A stretch of 24,317 bases of DNA from Kofleriaceae bacterium (GCA_033763475.1 JANRKM010000012.1:1-24317), one strand, 5' to 3'; numbered from the stretch's first letter, positions 15,688 through 23,986 are shown. The notes: generated by a model not told the origin, from the letters alone. Numbers and translations: made by a program.

Positions 15688-16480
15688 CTCGACGAACGGC
15701 CGCGGGGAGGCGAGCTGCGCGCGAGCGAACGTCCAGCGCGCGCACCATGGGCGAGGCCGCGCGCGGTACAGAGTGACCCTCCGAGGATAGGAATTTCAGG
15801 CTGCGCGCCGTGATCCGCGGAGGAGCGTCGGCCACCCTCGATGGCGCGCGGACGGGCCGCTGGACGGCCGGACTCGGGCGCGACAAGGCGTAGGGCAGCT
15901 CACGCTTCGTGCCGTTCGGCGCAGACGGGTCCCCTCCCCTTTTCGACCGGCCATCTCAGGCAGGGTCGTCGGGGGCGGGGGGATCGCCGTCGTGCCGGGC
16001 CCGCGCGGCGGCGGGAGCTGGTCGAACTGACCAATCGCCTCCCGTAAAACGGGGACGGCTATTCGCTATGCGCATCTAAGGGCCCTCGAATCCGAAAGTT
16101 GATCGAGCACGCACGATTTCGGATCGACAGGATCGCCCGATCGTGATCTACAGATCCTCTGAAGCCCGAGGCCCTCATCCGCACGAAATTCAACGCGCTC
16201 AAGGGCTCGATGGATGAGCGCATGACGCGGCTATGCGCACCCCGAACCCGAGCTATGCGCTATGCGCTGCACCTCGCCCAACACGAACATCGGCTCGAAC
16301 CACGGCCACACGATCTCGGTCACGCTCGCCGGATAAGGCTGATCACCGGTCGGGGCCGACCACGATCATCTCCGGTGGGGGCGACGGGGCCGACCGCTGC
16401 GCGCCCGCTGTCGTCTCGCGTTTCCGCGGAGGCTGCGCCGCTGCACCGCCGCGCGTGATCTCCGCGCCGCCCCCGCCGCC

Positions 16481-17509
16481 TCAACGTGGGTTGGCGACGC
16501 TGGCGATGAAGAGGCGCGCGCCGTTCACCCCGGGTAGCTCGAGCTCCTGGGGCTGCGGTCCTTCGGTCATCAGCTGGGAGAGGCGGTTCGTCAGGGGCTC
16601 GATCGCCTCCGGCGGTAGGAAGATCACCGCGCCGCGCATTCCTTCTCGCTTCTCGATCGACCACCCGGCCGGGCCGGGGCGGAAGCAGACGAGCGAATCG
16701 CCGCTGCGTGGTCCTCCGAACAGAACCATCTCCTCGCCGTGACGGACGCGGTGCTTGATTGCCATCAGCAGATCGGGGATGCAGGCTAGGTCGACGTGGA
16801 TGTCCAGCCGCTTGCCCCGGACCAGCCCCCCGTGCACCTCCCAATGCAGCGGAAGCTGGCCGCGCATACCGACCGACGCCGCTCTGCTCGCCATCGCTCG
16901 CTCCATGTCGACGAGGAAGCTCGCGTCGGCGAGGAAGCTGGGGCGTCCCGCGATCGTCTGCAGCAGCGGATCGCGCGCCCTCATCAGGTCGGAGAACGCG
17001 AGCACGTCCCATGATCGCGCCGTGTCGTGTTCGGCCACGTTCACGCCGACCATCTGCAGGTAGCCATGGTTGCCGTTGCGGGATCGGGTGGGGGCGAGCC
17101 CGACGTCCTCCACGAAGAGCACGTTGCAGATTTCATCGCGGGTAGCCGGCGCGACCAGCGGCATGCAATGCCCGGAACCGATGAAGGTCTCGGTCGTCGC
17201 CAGGTAATCGCGGATGCCTTGCATCCAGTGGAGCACCCATCCGAAGTCGAGCTGCGCCTCGACGGCGGGGATCCGACAGCTGAGCTCGAAGCCGAAGCCG
17301 GACACGTCGGGGTCGTCGGACTCCTTGTCCCAGAGCTCGGTGAAGCCCTGGCTGACCACCAGCCAGTGCGGGCTCGGCGCGCTCACGTGGACCGCCACCG
17401 CGCCGTTTAACGGCTCGGCCCCCTCGACCGGCGCGCACAAGACGATCTCCGCGCCCGGGTGCGCGGCGCGCACGCTGTTCTCCAGGGCGTCGAAGGGGTC
17501 CACGGTCAT
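16481..17509 (-). CDS. SUFU (suppressor-of-fused) family protein, bacterial type. These are frequently immunity proteins of polymorphic toxin systems.
   Basis: HVSAPSPHWLVVSQGFTELWDKESDDPDVSGFGFELSCRIP…WVLHWMQGIRDYL matches the bacterial SUFU core (HYVTYGLSELY.KESDDPE.SGFGFELTFRL…LARYVF). It is a clean 342-aa ORF with good GC3. Confidence 0.6.
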   Translation of the reverse strand: MTVDPFDALENSVRAAHPGAEIVLCAPVEGAEPLNGAVAVHVSAPSPHWLVVSQGFTELWDKESDDPDVSGFGFELSCRIPAVEAQLDFGWVLHWMQGIRDYLATTETFIGSGHCMPLVAPATRDEICNVLFVEDVGLAPTRSRNGNHGYLQMVGVNVAEHDTARSWDVLAFSDLMRARDPLLQTIAGRPSFLADASFLVDMERAMASRAASVGMRGQLPLHWEVHGGLVRGKRLDIHVDLACIPDLLMAIKHRVRHGEEMVLFGGPRSGDSLVCFRPGPAGWSIEKREGMRGAVIFLPPEAIEPLTNRLSQLMTEGPQPQELELPGVNGARLFIASVANPR

Positions 17510-17608
17510 CGGCGGAGGCTAGCGCGGCCCGGACGTCCGCGCCAGCTGGGCGTGCCGCGCGGGCAAGTAGGCACCGCCGCGTCGTGCTGCTCGACCGCGG
17601 CGGCGCGT

Positions 17609-18010
17609 TCAGCGGGCGCAGTTGAAGACCGCTTCGCACGCCGGGGTCGTGAGTGGATCGCAGGGGCTATTCACCGCGTCGTAGCAGTCGTGGAACTGCC
17701 CGACGGTGAGCGTGCAAGTGAAGCCCAGCAGCGCGCTGGTGCACTCCGCGACCGTACTGACGGTCACGGTCACGTTCCCACTGCATGTCTCCGACGCGCC
17801 GGGGCCGCCCGCCTGGTCGAGCGAGTAAGTACACAGGGCCTCCGCTTCGGCCTGTGTGAGGTCGGACAGCCGCTTGTTCGGGTCGACGGAAACGCCGGAG
17901 TCGATCACCGACCCGAACGCGCTGCAGCTCGCGCCGCAGGCGCCGCCAGCGATGTCGGCGCACGTATTGGTCTCGAGACAGGTCGCACACTCCGACAGCG
18001 CGCGCTCGGC
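17609..18010 (-). CDS. Cys-rich coding segment with 14 Cys in ~130 aa, and no identifiable start codon or signal peptide. It lies immediately upstream of the SUFU gene on the same strand.
   Basis: Strong GC3 bias in this minus frame: ...SECATCLETNTCADIAGGACGASCSAFG…CDPLTTPACEAVFNCAR*. The in-frame region upstream of ~18010 is Arg-rich and overlaps the 18130 membrane-protein gene. No alternative frame carries a signal peptide. Confidence 0.3.
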   Translation of the reverse strand, partial: AERALSECATCLETNTCADIAGGACGASCSAFGSVIDSGVSVDPNKRLSDLTQAEAEALCTYSLDQAGGPGASETCSGNVTVTVSTVAECTSALLGFTCTLTVGQFHDCYDAVNSPCDPLTTPACEAVFNCAR

Positions 18011-18129
18011 GTTTATGCGCTCGGGGCTCGCGTGCCCGGATCGCGATCGAGGGAGCCTGCGCGGTGGCGAGCGGCTCACCGGCTGAATGTATCGGGCACC
18101 CACGGGCCGGACTTCGCTACAACCCGCGG

Positions 18130-18708
18130 ATGTCGTTCGAGGACATCGCACGTCGGATGGAAGCGCGGCGGCAACAGGAGTCTGGTTTCGGGTTCCCGGA
18201 GGCCGCGCAGCCTGCACGCGAGCCCGCCCCGCCCAGCGCGCCCGCGCCACCGCGATCGCTCGGCGACGTCACGGGCGCGGCGGTGGTCCAGCTCGCGATC
18301 CTGACCGCGCTCGGCATGATCGTCAGCTATGTTGTTGCGTTCGTCGTGATCAAGCTCGGCGCTGGCGGCATCCGACCGGTGATCGGCATCCCTGGACTCA
18401 TGGTGGTGGGGCTCGCGTGGGCGTGGAGCAGCGAGCCCGTGCGCACGCCCGAACGCCTGGCGGAGCTCGGGGTGTCGGCGCTCGTCGGCACGGTGCTCGT
18501 CCTGGCGGCGTGGCCGAAGCCGCTCTCGTTGACCAGCGACTCGAAGCTCGACGCGAATGTCCACGATGGCGTCGCGACGTTGACCGTCGAGACCACGAAG
18601 CGGTTGACCGAGCTCCCTGGAATTTCGCAGCAGCTCGTGTGGTGGGCGCTGATCGGATGCGGGGCCGTCGCGGGCTGCGCGCTCGTACGCCTGCTCAAAC
18701 GAAGCTGA
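18130..18708 (+). CDS. Hypothetical membrane protein with ~4 TM helices. Track ORF 18064..18708; the start was chosen at MSFEDIARR.
   Basis: The N-terminus is charged, and there is a Pro/Ala-rich linker. Hydrophobic segments: AAVVQLAILTALGMIVSYVVAFVVIKL, IGIPGLMVVGLAWAW, VSALVGTVLVLAAW, LVWWALIGCGAVAGCALV. The antisense ORFs are noise. Confidence 0.45.
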   Translation: MSFEDIARRMEARRQQESGFGFPEAAQPAREPAPPSAPAPPRSLGDVTGAAVVQLAILTALGMIVSYVVAFVVIKLGAGGIRPVIGIPGLMVVGLAWAWSSEPVRTPERLAELGVSALVGTVLVLAAWPKPLSLTSDSKLDANVHDGVATLTVETTKRLTELPGISQQLVWWALIGCGAVAGCALVRLLKRS

Positions 18709-18781
18709 CGGGGCCCGGACTCTACGAGTTCGCGGCCACGTCGAGCGACGAAGCTCGCAAGCGCGACTGCGGTGCGTTCTT

Positions 18782-19807
18782 CTACGGCGTCGGCGGCTTC
18801 GACGGGTCGACGGTAAACGTGCCGATGTCCGTCGTCTTGCCCGCCTCGAGCGCGAGCCCTTTCATCAACGCGGGCGACGGCTGCGTCAGCACCACGAGCA
18901 CCGATGGGCCGGCCTTGGTCTCGATGCGGAATGAACCATCCGCGTTGGACATCGGCGGCATCCCCTCGAGAGAGATCCGCGTGCCGCCATCGGGGGTCGC
19001 GGGGATCACGATCACGCCGGTGTCGCCGAGCGGTTTGCCCTGCGCGTCGACGAGCTTGCCCACCACCACGGCGTTGGCGACGAGCACGATGTCGCGCTTC
19101 GCCGCCTGCCCCGCGACCACGGTGACCTTGGCCTCGGCGTTGCCGTCGCTGGAGCGCACGCGCAGCGTGTAGTCACCCGGATCGACGCGGCCGAGCTTGA
19201 AGGTGCCGCCGGTGAACGTGCGCGTCGTCTTCGTCGGGCCTTCGACGTCCAGCGTGAACAGCGCGACCGGCCCCTGGGCTCCGGTGACCGTGCCCGACAG
19301 CGACGTGACGCCCACGGCCTGGATCGCGAGCTTCGCGTCGGGCTCGACGCCGAGCTTGCGCCCACGCAGCGCGCCCTGTTGCGCCTCGGCGATCACCTCG
19401 TACTTCGCGTGCGGCAGGTTGCGCACCGCGAACCGGCCCTGCGCATCGGTGAGCACCGGCGGAAATTCACCGCCCTCGCTGCCCTCACCGTCGTCGCTCG
19501 TCGTGACGTGCGTCATCCGCGACGAGGACTTCTGCTCGCCATCCTTCTTCGCCCTCTGCTCCGCGGCTTCCTCTTCCTCGACCATGCCGCGGAGGAGCGC
19601 CTCGAGATCCTGATGCACGGAGACCCAGGCGTCGGCGAGCGGCTGTCCGTCGGGGCCGGTCACCACACCTTCGATCACGCCATTCGGAAGATCGTTCCTT
19701 AAGGATAAGACGAACAAGACCGCTTTCGGGCCGCGAGCGGTTCGCCACGGGGAGCGTCCTGGTGGCAGATCGCTCGTCACCGATGCCACGAACGTCATGC
19801 AGCTCAC
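18782..19807 (-). CDS. Protein with three carboxypeptidase-regulatory-like (CarbopepD_reg_2 / transthyretin-like) domains and an acidic insert. The start is uncertain and no signal peptide is seen.
   Basis: Repeated motifs GVVTGPDGQPLADAWVSV…TDAQGRFAVRNLPHAKYEV, GTVTGAQGPVA…GDYTLRV and GKLVDAQGKPLGDTGVIV…SNADGSFRIE. The insert is EEEEAAEQRAKKDGEQKSSS. There is a low-GC patch (19690–19730) inside the annotated 5' end. Confidence 0.55.
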   Translation of the reverse strand: MSCMTFVASVTSDLPPGRSPWRTARGPKAVLFVLSLRNDLPNGVIEGVVTGPDGQPLADAWVSVHQDLEALLRGMVEEEEAAEQRAKKDGEQKSSSRMTHVTTSDDGEGSEGGEFPPVLTDAQGRFAVRNLPHAKYEVIAEAQQGALRGRKLGVEPDAKLAIQAVGVTSLSGTVTGAQGPVALFTLDVEGPTKTTRTFTGGTFKLGRVDPGDYTLRVRSSDGNAEAKVTVVAGQAAKRDIVLVANAVVVGKLVDAQGKPLGDTGVIVIPATPDGGTRISLEGMPPMSNADGSFRIETKAGPSVLVVLTQPSPALMKGLALEAGKTTDIGTFTVDPSKPPTP

Positions 19808-19880
19808 GCTGCGTGCAGTCGTTCGTGCGGCGTCGCGCAGACCCGTCCGCTCGTCGAGCGGCGGTTGGCTCGGAGGCGCG

Positions 19881-20114
19881 TCAGCATCCCAGGTCGAGCT
19901 CGCCCTGCGCGGGCTCGGGTGGCGCGCGGGCCGCGGCGAGCCGTGGAGGGTCGGAGCGGATCCCGAGGTGCTCGAGGATGGCGGTGGTGACGGTCGGGGC
20001 GGTCAGGAAGGCCAGGACGCGGAGCTGATCGTCGCAGCGCGGACAGCGAGTGACGTCGTCACCGAACACGCGGCGCAGCAGGGCTGCCCAGTCGAGGCGG
20101 TAGGCTGGGCGCAC
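19881..20114 (-). pseudogene. C-terminal zinc-ribbon fragment of a transposase (IS family not determined). It is a remnant of only 77 codons.
   Basis: DWAALLRRVFGDDVTRCPRCDDQLRVLAFLTAPTVTTAILEHLGI matches the conserved C-terminal tail found on many bacterial transposases (…LLRRVF.VDVL.CP.CGGRMR…I..IL.HLGL). No catalytic domain is present upstream. Confidence 0.4.
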
Positions 20115-20248
20115 AACACGAGCACGGGACGCGCGCGAACGTATAGTGGGAAGTCGTCGAACAGGTTTGGCGTCACCTGCGCAGTATCCTTCGCGCTCCG
20201 CCCCGAGACGCCTGCGGCCTAGCCGAAAGTCGCAACGACGGACAAGCT

Positions 20249-20620
20249 GTGCGCGTCAGGATCGGTTGGGATGGTTCCGCCAATGCTCTGGCGTTCGCGA
20301 CCGACAATTTGCTGCAGTCATCCGAGAGCGTTCACGACATGGACATGCTCCATGACTTCATGTGGCTGGTGCGCACGGCCGGCGCTCTCAAGGTCGTCGT
20401 GCACGGTTTCAGTACCCCGGGCTTCATCAAGCCCGCCGAAGCCGATCAGTATCTCGCGTCCGTGTTGCAGGCCAGCGGCAGCGCACCGGACTCACACGGC
20501 AGCGAGTCGCTGGCAAACCTCGAAGGCCTCACCGACCGCCAGATGTTGCGCTCGGCTATCGCGCACGCGTCGACGGACATCAGATCGTCCTCCACTTCTC
20601 TCGCCCACTCCACGATGTGA
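20249..20620 (+). CDS. Hypothetical small protein in a lower-GC island. GTG start, 123 aa, family not recognised.
   Basis: GC3 of about 75% in this frame, with a clean stop. Local GC is lower than the flanks, consistent with foreign DNA. Confidence 0.25.
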   Translation: MRVRIGWDGSANALAFATDNLLQSSESVHDMDMLHDFMWLVRTAGALKVVVHGFSTPGFIKPAEADQYLASVLQASGSAPDSHGSESLANLEGLTDRQMLRSAIAHASTDIRSSSTSLAHSTM

Positions 20621-20735
20621 CGTTTACGCACACGGTGACAGTGTGACCTGGCTCGGCGTGCAGGCACAGCTATCTCTCTCGGTCCGGGCCCGCCGCTCGC
20701 AACTCGACACCGAGCTGGCCGATGTGCTGGCGCGG

Positions 20736-21056
20736 CTACCTACCGGTCATCGTGCGGAACCGACGCCACGCTCGACGCCACGGACGAGCCCAAACATAGA
20801 CGCGCAAGTAGTGCTCGATCGGAAAGCCCGTACCGCTGATCCAGAGATGGCCATCGACGCGGTCAACGAACAACGGTGCATTGCCGATCAGGCCGTGGTC
20901 GCGGTCACCAGTCTCGACGAACTGGCGCGTGTTGTAGAAAAATACCCAGCCCCACCGTCGTTCGATCGTATGTCGGTCGACGATCACGACGTCATGTGTG
21001 CTTGTAGCGCGCAAGTGGCTCTCAGCGATGAAACGCGCCTCGTCGTGAGTCAGCAT
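20736..21056 (-). CDS. Imm35 / YrhB-family immunity protein, an orphan immunity gene of polymorphic toxin systems. The track ORF 20736..21779 was trimmed to start at MLTHDE.
   Basis: MLTHDEARFIAESHL…DVVIVDRHTIERRWGWVFFYNTRQFVETGDRDHGLIGNAPLFVDRVDGHLWISGTGFPIEHYLRVY matches YrhB/Imm35 hallmarks (GWVFFY…; LAGNAPIIVDK.DG…TGTA.P.E.Y). The region has lower GC. The upstream part of the track ORF is Arg-rich and antisense to the integrase remnant. Confidence 0.7.
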   Translation of the reverse strand: MLTHDEARFIAESHLRATSTHDVVIVDRHTIERRWGWVFFYNTRQFVETGDRDHGLIGNAPLFVDRVDGHLWISGTGFPIEHYLRVYVWARPWRRAWRRFRTMTGR

Positions 21057-21339
21057 GGCGTCGACGACTATACTCTGCGCGCGGGCGCGACTCGGCTCGC
21101 GGCTTCGTGCTCGTGGAAACGGTTGCGACGCTTCTCGGGGCCAGCGTCGAGGAGAGCCCGGCACGCGAAAGCGGATAAGCGAATCGATGGATCGCGAGGC
21201 GCTGGTCCGCGTGCACACCGGTCCCGGTTCGTGGTGGCTGTCGAGCCACAAGACCATGCGCCGAGGTCGCGCGTCGATGCGCGAGGCCAAGCTGAGATAT
21301 CCGAGGTTTCGGGTGCCGATCGGCGACTCGAGGGATCCG

Positions 21340-22117
21340 GAGGCCTGAATTTCTGGGGAACGATTTTTCCCTCGACGGTGCCTTTCCGCATCCGCGGCCG
21401 CACGCGTGATCCGAAGACGCGCGAACGGCGCGAGGTGAACCGCGCGCTCCCTGACTGCAAGCGCGCAAGCGAGGCCGCGGCGATCGCGCGTGCCGAGCTT
21501 GCGAAGATCGCTGCGGGCGAGGCGCCCGTGCAGACGTCTGCACTGCGGTTCGCGGACTGGGCCGTAACCGTCCTCGAGCGCAAGCTCGCGATCGGCGCGA
21601 TCGTCAGCGCCGCGGGCCACGCGAAGTGGGATTGGGCGCTGCGCGTGCACCTGATTCCGGCGTTCGGTCAGATCCTTGTCGACAAGCTCACACGCGCCGA
21701 GCTCGTTGCGCCCGCTGCGCGCGCGGCGAGCTCGCGGATGTGAAGTGGGATGACGGCCTGTTGCTCGTGCGGCGCTCACACACGCACCGTAACGAGGTGA
21801 TGGACGAGACCAAGACCGGACGCGACCAGGTGATCGCGCTCGACCAGCGCCAGCTCGAGATCCTGCGCTGGCATGTCGCCGAGCTCGAGCGCGACAACGC
21901 GCGGCGGGCGAAGCGCCACCCCGCGGCCGCGGAGACGATGGCGGCGAGCGAGCTGCTGTTTCCGGCGATGCCTACGAAGTGGAACCACGGGGGCGGCTTC
22001 CGGTCGCCCTCGTGTCTCGAACGTGCGTTCCAGGCCGTCTCCGCGGCGCTGGGGCTCGCGTACGAGGTGACCCCTCGGGCGATGCGTCGGACCTACCGCA
22101 GCGCTCGCGAAAAGTGA
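21340..22117 (+). pseudogene. P4-like tyrosine recombinase (integrase) remnant. The N-terminal DUF4102 / SAM-like part is in frame 0 (to 21743). The catalytic-domain piece is in frame 2 (21700–22117). There is a ~400-nt internal deletion, and the terminal Tyr region is missing.
   Basis: The N-terminal part reads GLNFWGTIFPSTVPFRIRGRT…RASEAAAIARAELAKIAAGEAP then FADWAVTVLERKL…HLIPAFGQILVDKLTRAELV. The catalytic piece reads ELADVKWDDGLLLVRRSHTHRNEVMDETKTGRDQVIALDQRQLEILRWH…ELLFP…EVTPRAMRRTYRSA (R…K…[HxxR]-like), with a stop before the catalytic Tyr. The combined length is about 780 nt, against about 1200 nt for an intact gene. Confidence 0.55.
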
Positions 22118-22186
22118 CCCGCCTCTGCTCGTCGAAAATGACCCACCGAGCTTCGGTGGAGTACGTCGGCGATCGTCGCGGGCGTT

Positions 22187-22651
22187 GTGCAGAAGAAGCG
22201 CCCGTGTTCGATCTGCGGTTGCTGGTTCTCGACTGACGTTCGCGTAGGTCAGCGCCAGCGCACCTGTGGGAGCGACGCGTGTCAGCGCGAGTTGCATCGT
22301 CGAGCAGATCGACGGTGGCGCGCCAAGAATCCCAGTTACGACAGAGAGCGCCGCATGGGCGCGCAGCTCGAGAAGGCGCGAGCGGCAGCTACGGCGAAGG
22401 CGGCGGGGCTGCCGGTCGATAGCGCCGCAGTGCCGCCGTCACCGCATGCACCTGCGCCGACCTCCGGATTGCCCTGGGACCTCGTGCAAGACGAGATGGG
22501 GGTGGAAGCTCGTGTAATCATTTCGGGAGTGACGGGAGTTCTCGGGGTGTACGTGCAAGATGAGATACGTCGTCAAGTCCGCGATGTTGTTCCGGGAGTA
22601 GCGGGAGTTCTCGGCGGTAGCGCGCAAGACGAGATGGCCCCGGGAGGGTAG
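22187..22651 (+). CDS. Possible small Zn-ribbon protein (RPCSICGCWF…RTCGSDACQRELHRR). Its C-terminal half is encoded by 69-bp tandem repeats. The coding status is uncertain.
   Basis: GTG-start ORF with four Cys arranged CxxC…CxxxxC. The repeat-encoded peptide is VQDE(M/I)…GV(T/A)GVLG(V/G). GC is reduced across the repeats. The call is weak. Confidence 0.25.
   Translation: MQKKRPCSICGCWFSTDVRVGQRQRTCGSDACQRELHRRADRRWRAKNPSYDRERRMGAQLEKARAAATAKAAGLPVDSAAVPPSPHAPAPTSGLPWDLVQDEMGVEARVIISGVTGVLGVYVQDEIRRQVRDVVPGVAGVLGGSAQDEMAPGG
22483..22651 (+). repeat. About 2.45 copies of a 69-bp tandem direct repeat. The unit is cgtgcaagaYgagat…YcgggagtRRcgggagttctcggSgg.
   Basis: Unit 1 is 22483–22551, unit 2 is 22552–22620 and the partial unit 3 is 22621–22651. 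About 70% identity between full units, with conserved motif blocks at both ends. Confidence 0.6.
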
Positions 22652-23194
22652 AGGCAGCAGCGTGGCGGCGTGGAGATCGATCTGCATCAGCTCGCGTCGA
22701 CCTTGGCGCGCATGAGGTCCTTCGCGTAGCGGAGGACGATGTCGTCGTAAGGCTGGTTGTCGAGACGGCTTTACCACTCTCGCGAGGTCCCTCCTGTGTT
22801 CACGGTCGGAGAGACCGTGTCGAAGCGCACCTTCAAGGAGGACAAGCTCGCCAAGATCTACGACGCGGAGAGGTCACTTTCGCCGCTCTGGTCGCGGCAC
22901 TTCGGGCGGACGCTGCTCCGGGACCTCGTCATTCCGCCGCAGGCGATGGTGCTCGACACCACGTGGAATCGGAGACCGGCGTGCGCGTGGGCAACGGTCA
23001 GGTAACGCTGAGCTACCGGCCGTAGCTCAACCTCCAGCGCTCGCCTGGCTTGAAGCGATGGCGCGGAGCAAGCGCAGGAACGCCGGGTAGCGGCGCAGTG
23101 ATGATATGCCGCGACGACCGTCACCTCCGGAAGCGCGCAGACTCTGCGCGAACGAAGACGCGTGTGCTCGTCGCTGGCATGCCATGATCGACGC

Positions 23195-23986
23195 ATGCGC
23201 TCGGGAACTATGCTCGCGTCGGTCGCACTTCTGTCCCTCGTCGGTGGCCACGTCGGGGCCCAGGCGCCCAAGCCCGACTCCGCCAAGCCCGCCGCGCGCA
23301 AGGCCCAGGCCCCCATGCTCCCCAGGGCACCCGCACCGCCGAAGACGCTCCCGCGCGACGAGCTGCAGCGCATGCACATGCACGAGAACTTCGATCTCCT
23401 GCGCGCGATCGAGCGACTGTTGATCGTGGGCAAGCTCGAAGACGCCAAGCGGTTCGCGGCCGCGATCTCGGAGGCGCCTGATGCCCCGGCGCACGGGCCG
23501 TGGGCCGCGCACGTGGTCGCCGTGCGGGACCAGGCGGCCGCGCTCGCGCGCGCGACGACGGTCGACGAGGCGCTGAAGCTGGAGGCCTCGCTCGCCGCGG
23601 CGTGCGCCAGCTGCCACCTAGAGACCGGCGTCGCACCCGAGTTCCGCGTGTTCCCGGAGCCGCCCGACGCGCCGACCGTCGAGGCGCGGATGCTGCGCCA
23701 CCGGTGGGCCGCCGATCGCATGTGGGAGGGCATCATGGGCGGCGCCGACGAGCCGTGGCGCGCAGGCCTCGACGTGCTGGCGTCCGCGCCGCTCGACTGG
23801 GGACCCTCGTCCGCCGACCGGACCGCGCACGCGCGCAACCTGCAGCGGCTGGCCAGTCAGGCGCGGACGCAGAAGCACGCTACGACCAAGACGCGCGCGA
23901 CGGCGTACGGCGAGATCCTGACGACCTGCGCGGCGTGCCACACGGCCCAGCCGGCGGCGCGCGCCGGCTCCGTGCCGCGTCGGTGA
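23195..23986 (+). CDS. Secreted dihaem c-type cytochrome with two CXXCH motifs (CASCH, CAACH). The architecture is a tandem of class-II (cytochrome c′/c556-like) modules.
   Basis: MRSGTMLASVALLSLVGGHVGAQA gives a signal peptide. The track ORF begins at GTG 23162. There are two ~110-aa helical modules, each ending in a CXXCH. The antisense ORFs are Arg-rich noise. Confidence 0.5.
   Translation: MRSGTMLASVALLSLVGGHVGAQAPKPDSAKPAARKAQAPMLPRAPAPPKTLPRDELQRMHMHENFDLLRAIERLLIVGKLEDAKRFAAAISEAPDAPAHGPWAAHVVAVRDQAAALARATTVDEALKLEASLAAACASCHLETGVAPEFRVFPEPPDAPTVEARMLRHRWAADRMWEGIMGGADEPWRAGLDVLASAPLDWGPSSADRTAHARNLQRLASQARTQKHATTKTRATAYGEILTTCAACHTAQPAARAGSVPRR

Larger units (their letters stand above)
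19881..22660. mobile_element. Decayed integrative element or genomic islet. It contains the transposase fragment, a small ORF, orphan Imm35, the integrase remnant, and a Zn-ribbon ORF with 69-bp tandem repeats. It has lower GC patches.
   Basis: Pseudogenised recombinase genes, a GC drop over ~20250–21100 and 22480–22620, and direct repeats at the right edge all co-occur. No tRNA or att site could be identified. Confidence 0.4.

Noticed and set aside
15928-15950. CCCCTCCCCTTTT run as a possible intrinsic terminator after the 15132..15687 gene
   Set aside because: No convincing GC hairpin precedes the T-run. It is left unannotated.
20271-21340. N-terminal ~350 codons of the 490-aa plus-strand ORF 20271..21743
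   Set aside because: The translation is Arg/Pro/Ser-rich noise and antisense to the clearly recognisable Imm35 gene. Only the segment from ~21340 onward, the integrase N-terminal part, is meaningful.
22483-22651. Possible CRISPR array
   Set aside because: The units are 69 bp and adjoin each other without unique spacers. This is a tandem repeat, not a repeat-spacer array, and no cas-like genes are present.
22858-23838. 326-aa and 196-aa minus-strand ORFs, and the 214-aa plus-strand ORF 23500..24144
   Set aside because: They are Ser/Ala/Arg-rich antisense or off-frame translations of the cytochrome gene.
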